Shown here: one piece after another, positions 24,327-40,426 of the stretch | How the letters are laid out: each line of letters opens with the position of its first letter | How positions within the stretch are numbered: position 1 is the first letter of the stretch | Assembly: GCA_001687465.1 (NCBI GenBank) | Contig: LVLI01000156.1 | Location: 1 to 64,000, forward strand | Origin: Halocafeteria seosinensis | Lineage: Eukaryota | Length of the DNA stretch: 64,000 nucleotides | Direction: 5' to 3' | Made by a program: the position numbers and the translations under genes | Notes under the pieces: generated by a model | Told to the model about the DNA's origin: nothing | What the model saw: only the letters and a program-made list of their open reading frames with translations | The model's database searches: none

Positions 24327-26174
24327 TTAACTCTGTTTTGTTACTTTGTATTCTTCTCGGACAACGTTGCGATCCACGGTAACACTCTTGGTATACGGAT
24401 CAAATTTGACATTGAAAGGACGAGGAAGCGCATTGCAATAGTCGCGCATTTTCTTTTTCGCGTCAGCAAGGCTATCGGCGACGTAGTATACCGGTTGATA
24501 CGTGGTGATAGGATAATCCTGAGTCGCCGCGTTGTTCGGGTCCCACGGTCTATATTCCGGCCAGGTCTCGACACCACCTGCTGGTCTGTACGGAGCGCAT
24601 GAATATTCTAGTTCTCCAAAGGAGGAAAGCAAACCAGCACCGTAGGCTTTTCTTTCCCCTTGTTGTTGGCACAAACCAAATTCAACACTGAACCAGTAGC
24701 ACTGCGAAACAAAAATGCACAACATGCCAGTGGCTCTCCATTTTAGGAAGGATTAAAACACAATGAACTTACTGTTGCCAGCTTCTTGATTTCCTCGTCT
24801 GAAGCTCCCAAACTTGCAAGCCCTATTTCATGGCTAAAATCAGCAAAATCTGGGTCAGCAAACATGGGAGTATGGCCCAAAAGTTCGTGGCAAATGTCTG
24901 GTTCAGGTGTGTAGAGCGGAGTCGAGTGATGCCTAATGTACTGTGTAGAGAAGAAAACTCGGAAGGCAAGGCCGTTGAGGAAGTCCCTGGCAGACAGCAG
25001 CCCTCCTACAGGCCGCAACGTGAATCCAGTGGTTTCATTGAGGAACTCCGAAATGTCTTGCAGTTGTGGAATGTTATCTGGAGCGTAGCCACAATGCTTC
25101 TCCAACTGTGGCATCACCTGATTGTACTCGTCTACTCCATACTTGGCAGTGTAGTCTTTCAATTTGTTGTAAACGACTTGCCAAGTTTCGACTTCTTTGT
25201 CAGTGTAGGTGATTCGGGGTATTTCTTCTCCGTGCTTATATTCTTGGGCCAACTTGGTGATCATGCTTCTTCGCTCACGATACTCAGGATCCTGCAATAT
25301 CAAATAAGAGAATGATTCCCAACAAAGTACGTGACCAGTGCTATCGAGCGTAATTATCTTACATTAAACCCTGGGTGATCAGACTGTAGTTCTTCTCCGG
25401 CATCTAGAGTTTCATTCGTGAAATCATCAATGTCACTGATGCGAGTAGGAAAGAAAGGAACTGAGATGGGGTCAACGATGAGGACACCTTCGGTCCGCTT
25501 CCGCAAGTGCCTGATCGCATCGTTTACTTTGGGGTGTTCTGGAGGGAGCGTAAGGTCCACCGAAAAATCGAATGTTTTTTCCCTGAGGCAAGGAACTCCA
25601 CAACGAGTCAACCCCACTGAGAGATTTTGTACACCACCTTGCGAGACTTACGTTCCCTTACTGGGTCTGGATTCGATGTGAGACATCGAGACCCCGTGTT
25701 CTTCCAACGTCTTCAAGGCAGTTGCGAGGGATCCCGGTTCGTCCGAGATCGTGAAGATCAGGGAGGTCTTTTGGTTTTCGACGGAGCCGGCTTCCTTAAA
25801 TGCTCGTGCCTGTTCTCCCGCGGGGATGTCATGTCGTGAGGTCTCCGGCGTCACTTCAGCCTGTACAACACAGAGAGGAATTCATTCAGCAACGTGAAGA
25901 AATCAGCCAGAGGAATTCATGAGTGCGGTGGCCGAGGGGGTTGTATTACGAGCGCCATCTTGACCAATTCAATCCACGCCCAGAAAAAATTGAGCACACG
26001 AAGTGTACGTACCACCTCTTGGAGTGCAACCCGGGTGGGTTGCGCCGAAAAAAGTCGCTGGTTGGAAAGATTAGCCAGAGGAGCCATCCACCTTGGAGTT
26101 TGTCGAGCTGCCAAAGTGGCACGGGTCGCTGTCCGGCCCACCAAGGATAGTAAAGGGCGAGTGTTCAGCATCAT
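24327..26174 (-). CDS. PAH: Phenylalanine-4-hydroxylase (pterin-dependent aromatic amino acid hydroxylase) with ACT domain, 5 exons
   Basis: ACT domain ([18 protein letters not shown]...HIESRPS), [28 protein letters not shown] (Fe-binding His pair), YWFSVEFGL and [13 protein letters not shown]. Confidence 0.93.
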
Positions 26175-26788
26175 TCACGACCACACGCACAAAAAGAGAA
26201 AAACAAGATGAATGCAAACAAGCAAAAGCTGAATGTACCTGCCCGAAACAAACCCATTGAATCGCACAATCTAATGATCGTGGAGAGCGAGGAACACGTT
26301 CCGGGGACGTTCTTGCCAGGGACGGGATCAGGGGACGGGTAATACCCGGGGAGCAAACACCTTGCGGGAAGTGGTAATACGAAGGAGCTTCAGGTACCCA
26401 ATGCTACAAATGTACTAGTGAGTGAAAGTGGGTGTACAAGGTGGAATACGACGCAGCAGTCTGGTGCCGTTAATGAGGCGGCTGCCGAAGACATTAGGAA
26501 AGCAGTTCGTGGTCTACATACAACTCAGATTGCCATAATGGGAATTCAGTTACCAGAACTAAGATATTGCCTCGTGTGGCAAAGAAGGTGGGAGTCCGTG
26601 GGACTATCTAATTGCTGCAACTCAGTGCGCATCATCTTATTTGCTCTCCCATGTATCTGGACCAGACATGAACAGAGCTCCATAAAGAATCAGAGTACAA
26701 CGCGGCTGTGCCTCCAACTCGCCTGCTTCTTTCCTCCGTAGGAATTGTTGTGAATTATCTTTCCTCTAATACTGGGAAAGTCTGCGCG

Positions 26789-28510
26789 TCAAAAGGGAGC
26801 CGCACTGGAGTAGCATTTCATACGTTCGCCCAGGGGCTTTAGCAATTGCTTTAGTTCTTTTCCATTGGTCGCAGGATGTAGCGCGCTTTCTTCGGTGCTC
26901 AATTCTCTAGGGAGGTAGTTTTCCTTAAAGGAAATAGAACATGCATGAAGGAGCAAACGCGGAGTGAAGAAAGGAACATTGATATTGGCCAATTTCTGCT
27001 GGTTCCTTTGAAATGTTTCTATAGCATCTTCGCTTAAAAAAGGGCATGAGTTCATTCGCGGGAAAGGGAATGTGTTCGCAATGCTGCTTAGTGTGGGAAA
27101 CGGGCCTTCCTCCAATGCTGCCGAGGGGACTGTCAGATCGCCTTTGAACATTTCGTCATAAATACCGTTGATTGTATTCATTGCAGAAATCACCGAGCGT
27201 GAATTTTCAAATACGTCGTTCCATTCCGATAGAGGAAATCGGCCAAGGATACCAACCGCGGTACATGGTCCAGGGTGTGGATGCGGATAGATGGAGTCAC
27301 CAAATATTGGAGACTGCACCCACAATACAGAAAATGAATTAAACATCATCTGAGACAGCCAAGTTCAGCATCTTACCTTCAAACCGAAAGGTGGTGGTAA
27401 CGCGGAATGTAGCCGAAGTTGGTGTGATCTCCCTGCAAAATAGAACAGTCAATCACAATATGCTTCTCAGGGGGATTCATCCCACAATACTACGTACCCG
27501 TCAAAGGCGTAAACCGTACACGAACAGCGCCTTCCCCTCGTTCTAATACCTGCCAAAATGACCTAGTTGGTTTGCTTTTGAACGGATCACCCCATGGTTC
27601 TCCACCAATGGGAGAGTAGACTTCCCCACTATCCTGGTCTGTATAAAAGAACCGAAACAAACGTTGAATCCATTGGATGCTCCTGAGCTTGGCAAACTGA
27701 AACATACAGAGAATTGGAGAGTCTTGGGTCATTTCCACCAACCTAGTGTCCAGAATAGCTTCATACTGCTTCTCTACCTTCCGTTGGGCGAATTGATCAC
27801 TGAGTAGTCTAGCAGCCCGTTTGGTACGGGCGAATACCATTACTCCACTCGTTGACATGTCTAACCTATGAACGCTAATTGGGAAAGGAGTTAGCGAGTT
27901 CTCATCATAGCTCCCATCAAGGACAGCTTTCCGTCGCTTTCGTTTTCGTGATTTAGGGGACAGTGCTCTCAGTTTCGCCTCAAATATCCTCCGGAGCCTG
28001 TCTTGCTGCACGCTGTCATGCGTGTGTTGGGGCTGATCATTGTACTGAGGGATGTGATCTTGCTTCTGAAGCAACTCATCTAGGCGATATAAGGCACAAT
28101 CAAGACCGCTTCTGTATGATCCTGGAATTGTTAACAGTCCTGTGGGCACTCACGCTATTCAAATTATCGGTAGTGTCTCAATATCAAGGCCCAGGGAACT
28201 TACCAGCCGGCTTCGAAATCACAGCAACGTGCGCATCGGCATCCAGTAGTTCCACTGGCCCTCGGACCTTAGGCTGGGGTGCTTTAAGTCTGGCATCGGG
28301 AATATGCTGTTCACGCTTCTTAATATTGTGTACATGCTTCGTGTCTGGAAGTTTCTCCAATCCGTATGAGAGCCTCGGTGAAGAGATGGTTTTCGGTTCC
28401 TTCTCCTGAATATTACTAAAATTTCTGTGCCAACGGTTAAGTCTTATCCTTCCAATGAACGTCCATGGATAGCGAAGTGTCCGATTGTGAGCGCTTAGAT
28501 GCATACTCAT
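26789..28510 (-). CDS. RluA-family RNA pseudouridine synthase, multi-exon
   Basis: VAVISKPAG, the catalytic VHRLDMSTSGVMVFART, KQYEA, PLTGRSHQLRLH (across an intron near 27430-27497), PIFGDSIY and RLLLHA. Confidence 0.8.
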
Positions 28511-29000
28511 GGTCCATGCAGATCATTTGCTGCCGGGAATGCTGGATCCTCCCCCAGAGTTTGCCGAGCAAAGACAATTGTTGAACGCCAGTAGCTGCTC
28601 ATAGGGATTTGTCTGTACAAGATTCATATCTATCCTAATGCATCACTGAACAGTGTTTGCTTACCATACCGAAGTTCGCAGTGCTGGAAGTTCATGCTGC
28701 ATGCATGCAAGACGTGACTTGAGCTTCGTTTCGCGTTAAGGTTTATACATCTTTCCCTGTCCCACGAAAACCCTTCCTTAGTGGTATACTGTACCTCCCG
28801 TATTAGGTAAGGATTACCGAAGTAATTTGGCTTGTCGCAGTTCGGTTGTGAAGGTGCACCAACCGGATAGGAGCTATAGCCGATAAGTACACCATAGCAT
28901 ACAGTGGTACTCTATCGACGCAAGTACATGTTGTTACGCCTTATTTTTGCATTGAATAATATATCATACGGTAACTTAGTTGGAAGAGCATAAATTAGCA

Positions 29001-30518
29001 ATGGTGCCTTGGGATCTTCACGGATATGCCGAGGCCCGACTCCACAAGCTGAGAGTGCCAGAGTTGAAGGACCTATGTAGGGAGCGAAGTATCAAACCTC
29101 TGCCACAGAAAAAGGATGACCTTGTTAACGCTCTACTTGACTGGAAAAAGAGCGCGAATGAGGCGCAATCTTCTGCATCAGCAGAGTCCGCTCCGGCCGC
29201 AGGTACGTTAGATCTTCAACCAAGCGATCTGCATGCTGCATGCTATGGCTGCCGTAGGGATGTCGGCCTATTCCATTGTATCATATTTTCTGCTTTCTAA
29301 CGGCTATGAATCGACGTTCTCCGAAACCTGTTTCAGCAGGCTCACCGACTCGATCTGAGACCTCATCATCCTCGAAGCTCCCTTACGATCTAAGAAACTA
29401 TGGTGAAGCGCGGCTCAGTAAACTAGCAGAAGCGGAACTGAAAGCGTTATGTAAAGAGCGTGGCCTTAAGGTATCCCATCCGAAAAAAGAGGAAGCAGTT
29501 CAGGAACTGCTTAATTGGAAGCGTTCTTCGGGTACGTACAAAGTGTGGGTGTGCCTTGTGTTTCTTAGATGATTTCACAGCGGTTCTGTTCTACCCGCCA
29601 GCATCCCCATCGCGAGATGAAGGTAAAGTAAAATTATCTGAGGGATCCAAAAGTCGGGCCATCGCTGAAAACAAATCCGACGAAACGGGAGTTGGCGCTG
29701 TGGATGTCGAACGCCGGAAAACGGAAGCGCCAACAGCCGGAGATGTAGACTCCGATGCGGACGACGAGGAAGGGGAGAGCTTAGGTCAGTTCCGAACAAT
29801 AGATGATGTCCCTTTTATGCTCAATGGACTAGGCCGTAGCCGCCTGGAAGGGTTTTCTACTGATTTTCTTCGGCAGCTACATACCAAGAGGAAGGAACAG
29901 ACGATGAAACTGAACATTAGTCCTGTTGCTGAGGGTAACAGTCGATACGACTATATTGAAGAGCTGATGAAATGGAAAGATGAAATAAAACGACAATACA
30001 ATCTTCGGGCTAATGTTGACCAGAAAACTGAAGACGTTTGGAGCTGGAGAGATAACACAGACGTCTACACACTGCTAGGAAGGAAAGCAGTGGAAGACCA
30101 AATCCCGGAGGTTGACCATGTGATGGAGATTCAAATCATCAACCGTGCTTTTGGAAACGCAGACATAAAGAACAACGGTGCTACTACTCGTGGTGTTAAA
30201 AATTTCCTGCATTCGACCGTCAACCACGTTCATAACTTGAATGTTACCCCGCATAAAGTGAACCAAGCCAAGAAGGGTCCGTTCATGACGTCTCTTAATA
30301 GAATTCTTGCTGATGCCCATCCTGAACCCCTCCGTGAACTGGCCCCAAAGCCGCTAGTCGATGAGGGCACATGGGCAAGAATTGAGAGAGCTGTTTCACA
30401 GTTCTATGACCAACTTACAACCGATATTTCCCAACACCACCAAAATCGACTGACAACAGGTTTCCAGGAAGAGCTCCACGGTTTGTTATCGAAAATGGGA
30501 TTGGAAGAGCTTGACTAA
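29001..30518 (+). CDS. Uncharacterised protein with three SAP/HeH-like repeats and a C-terminal HNH-like nuclease domain, 3 exons
   Basis: Repeats PWDLHGYAEARLHKLRVPELKDLCRERSI..KKDDLVNALLDWK, PYDLRNYGEARLSKLAEAELKALCKERGL..KKEEAVQELLNWK and a degenerate third. The C-terminus has EVDHVMEIQ...NHVHNLNVTPHKVNQAK. Introns start at 29203 and 29532. Confidence 0.65.
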
Positions 30519-31070
30519 GAGGTGGGCTTCATAGTATACTCCGTTTCTCGATGCACATACAACCTGCGGAATGCGTGCCTTGTTGTTGTGGTACAAGTTG
30601 TAGTGTGCAATTTATTTTATCTAGCCTCAGCAGCCCCCACGAGAAACTGGAATGATATCTACAAGCTTAGTTCTCCCCGGGGGAGCTGTATATTGTACTT
30701 CCTCTCCGTATACTGAGTTTGATTTCTTGCTCATCTCCGAAAGGGATTAAACTCCCTGTAACTTTCTCTGACTCGTCGGTACATTAATTTTGTAAACGAT
30801 TATTGTGTAAGAGGGTGTATACCTGGAAAGAAGGAGCAAGGGGAAACGAAAACCAAGAATAGAGGGCATATTGTCAGGCAACACTGCTCACTGTTTTGTA
30901 GTGCGTAGTTGGGAGAACTTCAACGCGAACATTACATTCCCTGACTCCCCCGCAGCCTGCACTTTGGTACCCGTATATGGTACTCCTCGTTTGTATAGAA
31001 TTGGTCCACCATAATTTAGGAATAGGGTAGATAAAAAGTCGCGTCACTGAAATATACGAACTTGTTGCTC

Positions 31071-34000
31071 ATGTCGAAATCGAACACAAGCAGTCTGGAT
31101 TTCATGGCGGAGCCAGAATCTCTGCTGCGAAAGGGTTCCCAGGACGGGGACCGAGATGATGACGACCTCCATTTGATGCGGAAGCATCGTAGACAATCGA
31201 GATGCAGCTGCCACTTCTTGTGCTCCTTTCGGTGGTGTACTCGCAGGGTAGGCTTTTATTCTACCTTGTTTGCTACACTAGCCTCCATCGCGGCGTATGT
31301 ATACCTAGCGGTCATTCTGGCCCCTTACAGAGGTGAGCTCTTTGTGCTCCTACACATGGTGGAATTAGCGCTTGACTTATCTATCTTACTGTGCTCGTTG
31401 ATCTCACAGATTTGTGCCAAGGTATCTTGGACGCAATCATTGCTATCCCCTTTGTCAGTCCGCTGCTGCTGATTGGCTTCACAATTCATCTCTGGAGGAC
31501 GAGCCGCGGACAACTTGCAGGTCTCTGTTTGTGCACACGTCTTCCCACTGAGTGGAAGAAGCTGAGGAAACAAAAAGCGAAACGAGACCTTGAAATCGAG
31601 CAGGATTTCTCTGTGTTTAGGACTAATGGCTTTTATGGGGACACGACCTTGGAGGACGTGCCAGCATCCCGGTGCTGCGAGCGGTGCAACGGGTGCAATC
31701 CACAACAGAAATGCGGAAAGATCTGTGTAAAGTGGTCAATATGGCTGTTTCTCACGTTTGTTACTACCATCGCCACTCTGGTACTTGTGGGTGCCTCGAT
31801 AGCTGTTGGAGTACTACGCAGCCAAAGTCTCCCCGATCTCACTGGCACCCAAACTCTGGACGGCCTACATGCAGAAGTTCAGGTTCGTGTTCCATCAACT
31901 CATTGAGATTTGCCCCTTCTGCATTCGTTCATTTCCCCTTGAATTTGCAGATTAATCGCGAATCCAATGGAGTCTTTCATATTCATGGAACGAATCTCGA
32001 AGATGTTGCTTTCGCCCAGGGTTTCGCGCACGCGCAATCGAGGCTATTCCAAATGGAGATACAAAGACGAGTTGGGAAGGGGACCGTTTCCGAGATTGCA
32101 GGTGAATCAGGACTAGACTATGATAAATTAACCCGTACTCTTGGGGTGTGGAGCGCCGCGCAGCGGACATGGCGAACACTACAGGCGGATACGCATAGCG
32201 CTTTCGCCGTCAGTTTATTACGAGCATACGCTAACGGAGTTACATCTTTTATCGACAAAGATGAGGGGATGCCTATTGAATTTACATTGCTCGGCTATAA
32301 ACCAGAACCTTGGATTCCAGAGGATTCTCTTGTGTGGGCGAAGATGATGAGCTGGGATCTAGGACTCAACATGGACAAAGAGCTTCAACGCTTTCGGCTT
32401 CATGATGAACTTGGCTGTTCAACCGAACGTGTAGAAACCTTGATGCCCAAGTATAATCTTTCAATGGGACCGACAATTCTCAGCAATATAGATCTTCCTC
32501 CTTACCAACTTAGAAACGGTACAGAGGAAGCGGATGAAGAGGAGACGGACTTGCTCATTCAGGCAGCGACAAACATCGCGTCTAGGGCTAACATAACTAG
32601 AATTCCACCTACTTTTGGTAACGATGCGAGTACAGGAGGGCTCATAGAGCACCTACAAGTAGCAATTAGCAGGTTCGTCTTCAAGGGGATGTTTGATGAT
32701 CCCCGAGGCTCTGGAGGCAATACGATCTCCGGTCTGCGGAAGATTCCAAACATGGGCTACGGAGCCAGCAACAACTGGGTTGTTCATGGAAACCATACAA
32801 AGAGTGGTTTTCCTCTTCTTTGCAATGATCCCCATCTTCAATTGCAAGCACCATCTCTCTGGATTTTAAACGGGTTGCATGTTCGGAATTCCAGCTTTAC
32901 GCACAGTGTTGTAGGTTCCAGTTTTCCTGGAGTTCCAAGTGTAGTACTTGGCCACAATGAGCACATCGCCTGGGGTGTGACGAACACGTAGGTCCTATTA
33001 TGTATGGGAGGTTGTGCCTCTCAGTAGTATGTATTCCGCTTTGCGCACGCAGAGGTGCGGACGTGGAGGATCTTTATGTGATGGACACTGTGAACTCAAC
33101 ACATTACAAGTATAATGGTACTGTGAAGAAGTTTGAGCTAACGAAAGAGACCATAAAAGTTAAAGGAGGAAGCGACCGACATCTAACTGTCCGAAACAGT
33201 GTCTTTGGCCCCGTTATTACTGACAATGGTGTCGTGGAGGGTATCGACACGCCACTAAGTCTGAAATGGATTTCGATCCTTCCAGATATCAACGATACGA
33301 CGGTGAAAGCTTTCATCGAGATCAACTTTGCCAACTCCTTCGAAGATTTCCGAGAGGCTCTATCGTATTTTGTTGCCCCAAGTCAGAATTTTGTTTTTGC
33401 GGATAACGAGGGCAACATTGGGTACCAAATGTCGGGCAAGGTTCCTATAAGATCTCCAGGCCACAGTGGTGCTTGGCCCGTGCCAGGCGATGGTATGTCA
33501 ACTGCTACCTCATTTCTCTCACTGGAATTATATTGTATACCTTTGGTTCCTTTGTCTATCAGGGGCGTGGAACACAACTTGGCATGGATATTTAGACTTC
33601 TTTAGGGATATGCCTTGGACGAAAAACCCGAGGAAGGGCTTCATTGCGACAGCGAACAACCAGATAGTTCCTCCAGATTATCGATTTCACCTGTATGTAT
33701 GCTTCGTACTATGCTACAGCAGCGCTGCTATTGTATACTTCACCGTCGCCTTGCAGAACATCCGACTACGATGCGGGGTCTCTAGGGTATCGTGCTGCTC
33801 GCATTACCGACATGATAAATGACACCATTGTTCAAGGTGAAAAACTATCTGTAGACAGGATGAAAGAAATACAGTTGGACTATCGATCCTACCAAGCTCG
33901 CGATCTTGTGAAACTTGTGTTTGCGAATATCCCTCGCTCCGCGTTTGGCGAAAGCACTCGTCCCATGCGTGACGCACTGATAGGCTGGAACTTTGAGCTC

Positions 34001-34869
34001 CCAATAGGAGATCGAATGGCACCACTCTATGGAATGATATTACGAGAGCTCTATCGCCTTGGTTCTTCGGAGACAAACAAAACACGATACGAGGGTCCTG
34101 GGTTTTTGCTCTCCGCGCTCAGTGGAGGGCACGATATCGCATGCGTCGAATCCTATGGAGGCATCCATCCCTCGTCCTGTAATGATTTCGTTATCAAGTC
34201 ACTAGAGAACGTCACCGACTGGTGGAATGATAACGTTGAATCTGTTAAAGCGGATGGAACGATTAGCTTCAAAAGTGGTGCTAAACGCTGGGGGAAAGAT
34301 ATCCATAAAGCAAGATTCAAATCGCTCTCGTTGGGAACATCTCCCTTGGCCTGTTTAGCAAACCGTTTCATTGCTCATGGTACGTCAGAATCGTTGAACT
34401 ACTTCTGAGACCTGTCAATTCCTCATCGTTATTCCATTCCCTCAGGTGGAGACGCGTTTACAGTAAATGTTGGATCTTTCGATATTGACGACGATGATCT
34501 GTTACAAGTCCATGGACCAAGCTATCGTGATGTAAGCCCATTGTATTGCTGTTGTTGCCGCAGGAACTTATCTTCGCTATAGCTGTTTGCTGACAGGTCA
34601 TTGATCTCAGCACTGTGGGGCCAGATTTAAGCGAAAACTCCCAGACTAGCTTGTTCGTCAATCCGTTGGGTCAATCGGGCAGAATCTTTAGTGATCATTA
34701 TGATAACATGCTATCTTCATGGTACGTTTTCCCCCTCATGTATGTTGGAGTTACTCTGATGCATTACTAGGCTGGACCTGTGAACAGGAGCGAAGGCAAG
34801 TACTATGATATGACTCTCCAACAGTCCAAGAAGTCAGATTCCGACAAGTCTCAGCAATTGAAACCGTGA
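31071..34869 (+). CDS. Peptidase S45 (penicillin acylase / AHL acylase family Ntn-hydrolase) with N-terminal TM region, copy 1, ~9 exons
   Basis: FAQGFAHAQSRLFQMEIQRR, nucleophile GA|SNNWVVHG, NDPHL, LGHNEHIAWGVTN, PSQNFVFAD, ATANNQ, GPSYRDVIDL and PLGQSG...HYDN. The stop is at 34867-34869 after splicing. Confidence 0.9.
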
Positions 34870-35389
34870 AGGAAATGAGTTTCGTACGGGAATGACGTTT
34901 GGAATTAGCGGCACAACTTCCGAGTGAGTTCTGGCAGAATTCGGAAACCCTCTTGCTGTTGTCCTTAGCTTTGCTCTTCAAGCATAGTGACTTCGCAGCG
35001 GTGCAAGTATGAGTGTACCGTAATGGTAGTGTAAAATGCACCACTACCATATGGTACACTTGCAGATTGACCTATTCCGCATGTGGCTTCCTCTCGCCGA
35101 CGTCTCGGCCGGATTCAAATTGCCGGCGGATTCTTCTCGAAGGCGGCAAACTTTTGTTGGAGCGAAGGGCAGAAGAAAAATGGAACAAATCGCGTGAATG
35201 ACGTAGGTTGCCATCCTTCGCTACAGTATTTGCAATGGTTGAAGTTGTCAAGCATTGTTAGAAATTCCCACATATAGTTGTACCAACCTCTTTAATTATC
35301 ACCAGGGTGATAGCAGCATTTGGTTGTTTTCCACGTGCACTTTTTGAAGTTCCTCTTCGTTTCCTCCAGCGCTCCCAGTTCCAGACGAA

Positions 35390-38349
<2,960 letters not shown>

Positions 38350-38703
38350 TTTTTGGTAGTTGGCATGTTTCTACATTGTGTTAGCAAAAGTGACTAGCTT
38401 AGTCGTTGTTGGTTGAGCATGCGAACGAATGATGCAGCAATACATCAGCTCTTAAGTTCTGGCTACTTGTGTACCGCTCCAAGTCCTGCACGTTCATAAC
38501 TTCCCCAACGGATGTTCTTTTCCACCATTTTGCTCCCACGGCGGCGTATGCCCCACCCACACTCCATGGACTTCCGGTCGTTCAAGACACTTTCGCCTGA
38601 ACACACTCATCCTAACGATTTCGTACAGCTAAGCAACTCCTAGGTCACAGTGTGTTGGTCTGCAGCAAACTATCCAGGGCCTACACGACTCGTTAGCTTC
38701 CGA

Positions 38704-39927
38704 TCACGCTAGGGACCTGAGATAGGACGACGACTCCACGGAGCTCAGCCTACGCGAGATGACGATAACATCCAGTGGGTCAAACCCGCTCATTCTCCTC
38801 TGCTCGTTAATCTTGTGCGCTCCTGGAATCGTTTCACTGCTCACCAGTATAGCTTTAATATCAGGGTCCGTCGCGGCGTCACCCATGGGCTCTGCCAATT
38901 CTTGGATATCCACAGAGAGCTCGGGGGCGATCGTAGACAAGAACTGTACTGTGCTCTCTTTTCTTTGCTCAAAGCTTCCAATCCTATCACCGTACTTCTT
39001 ATTCTTCAGCAGCGAGGGAGACGTTATACCAATCAGAAGCCGCCCCTCTTCTGCAGTTACGCTGGCAGCCGCTGCCAGTAGCTTCTTATGTCCCGCATGG
39101 AAGTGATCAAACGTACCGCCAACAGCAACTTTATCGTACTGCAGCGGTGAGTTGGTTAGCTCGTCCAAATAGATGAGAGTCTCCGTTGCGCTATAAGTCT
39201 TTATTTGGAATGGAAATATCGTGGGCGCCTTTGCATCCAATTGTATGGGAGAAAAAGAATCATTAGTGCCAGTTCCTGATAAGGCCCACTTTTCCAAGTA
39301 AATTTCGTCTGCTTGGGAGCATACAGTTTTAGCCACACTGGGCGTCATGGTTCTTCCACAGGGCTCATCCGAGAGTAAAGAAATGGGCAAATTCGGTTTC
39401 TTGAGGTCCAGTGCCATAGCAAATAGCTCATCATACAGATGCAATGTGCTCATCAATAAAGGAACACCAGTAAGTTGAGCTGTGTTTTCAGCCGTGAATG
39501 GGGTCGCCAATGCCGCATTCGAAGGAATCTGCCGGCATTGGGTATGAAACAAGTACAAATACAGGTGATCCCTATCTTCGTCCAATGGTTCCAAGTACTG
39601 CACCAGACTATCCAACAGTCTCGCCGAGAACCCCACGCTCTGCAGAAACACCGCATACATATAGATACAAGTATTAGGCCGCGTTTGATGACTTACGGGA
39701 TGTGAAGGTGCCGCTATGGCGAGCACTCGAGTACGTCCTGCAGCACTTTGGTGCGAGGCATCCAGATGGACCGCCCTCGGTGCAGGGGACCTCTTGCGCG
39801 TGGAAAGAGGCTTTGATAAAGAGCGTCTCAGTATTGTGCATGTGCCCAATGCCAAGGCTACGCTCGAAAATTGGCGCAGACTGGAGCCATTAGGGTAGCT
39901 CCACAGCTGCTGCAGCAGGTTCTTCAT
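38704..39927 (-). CDS. Phosphopantetheine adenylyltransferase (eukaryotic PPAT/CAB4-type)
   Basis: VAVGGTFDHFHAGHKKLL (HxGH nucleotidyltransferase motif), LLKNKKY, ILVSSETIPGAHKINEQR and terminal SSSYLR. Confidence 0.8.
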   Translation of the reverse strand: MKNLLQQLWSYPNGSSLRQFSSVALALGTCTILRRSLSKPLSTRKRSPAPRAVHLDASHQSAAGRTRVLAIAAPSHPVSHQTRPNTCIYMYAVFLQSVGFSARLLDSLVQYLEPLDEDRDHLYLYLFHTQCRQIPSNAALATPFTAENTAQLTGVPLLMSTLHLYDELFAMALDLKKPNLPISLLSDEPCGRTMTPSVAKTVCSQADEIYLEKWALSGTGTNDSFSPIQLDAKAPTIFPFQIKTYSATETLIYLDELTNSPLQYDKVAVGGTFDHFHAGHKKLLAAAASVTAEEGRLLIGITSPSLLKNKKYGDRIGSFEQRKESTVQFLSTIAPELSVDIQELAEPMGDAATDPDIKAILVSSETIPGAHKINEQRRMSGFDPLDVIVISRRLSSVESSSYLRSLA

Positions 39928-40426
39928 GACGCCCTCTTCAATACACAGCTATTTCTTAGTGCATATCCGTGTTGGACCATCCCAATGACATGAAAAAGCC
40001 ATCTACTCCTCTCCTGGGGAAAGGTCGACTCGTTGCGCCCAACTTCAACATTATTTTGTGGGGCACCGTGCACGGGGGCAAAGCCGTGCCTTGACCGCCC
40101 CGTATCCCGGCGGGTGCGGTGCATACATTCAGCCAGGCTATACAGGTGATTTCTCAAGGGTGAATGGTCGCCCATGCTCCTAGTAGGGTTGGGGAGAGAA
40201 ACAAGAGTGATACTGTATATTGCAGTAGTGTAGGACGTTTGTCTCTGTGTTTTTTAAGGGATTTTTTCTCTCCGATCAAGTGACGTTTTCTCCTCAATGT
40301 TGGAGCTTGTGTATGGGCTCATTTACACCTCTTTGCGCACAGTTTGTACACCTGGATTGATTAGACAGATACCCTGTCTGGCATAGGAGTGGATTTGTGC
40401 ACGAGCACAGCCAGAAACGGGAAGGA

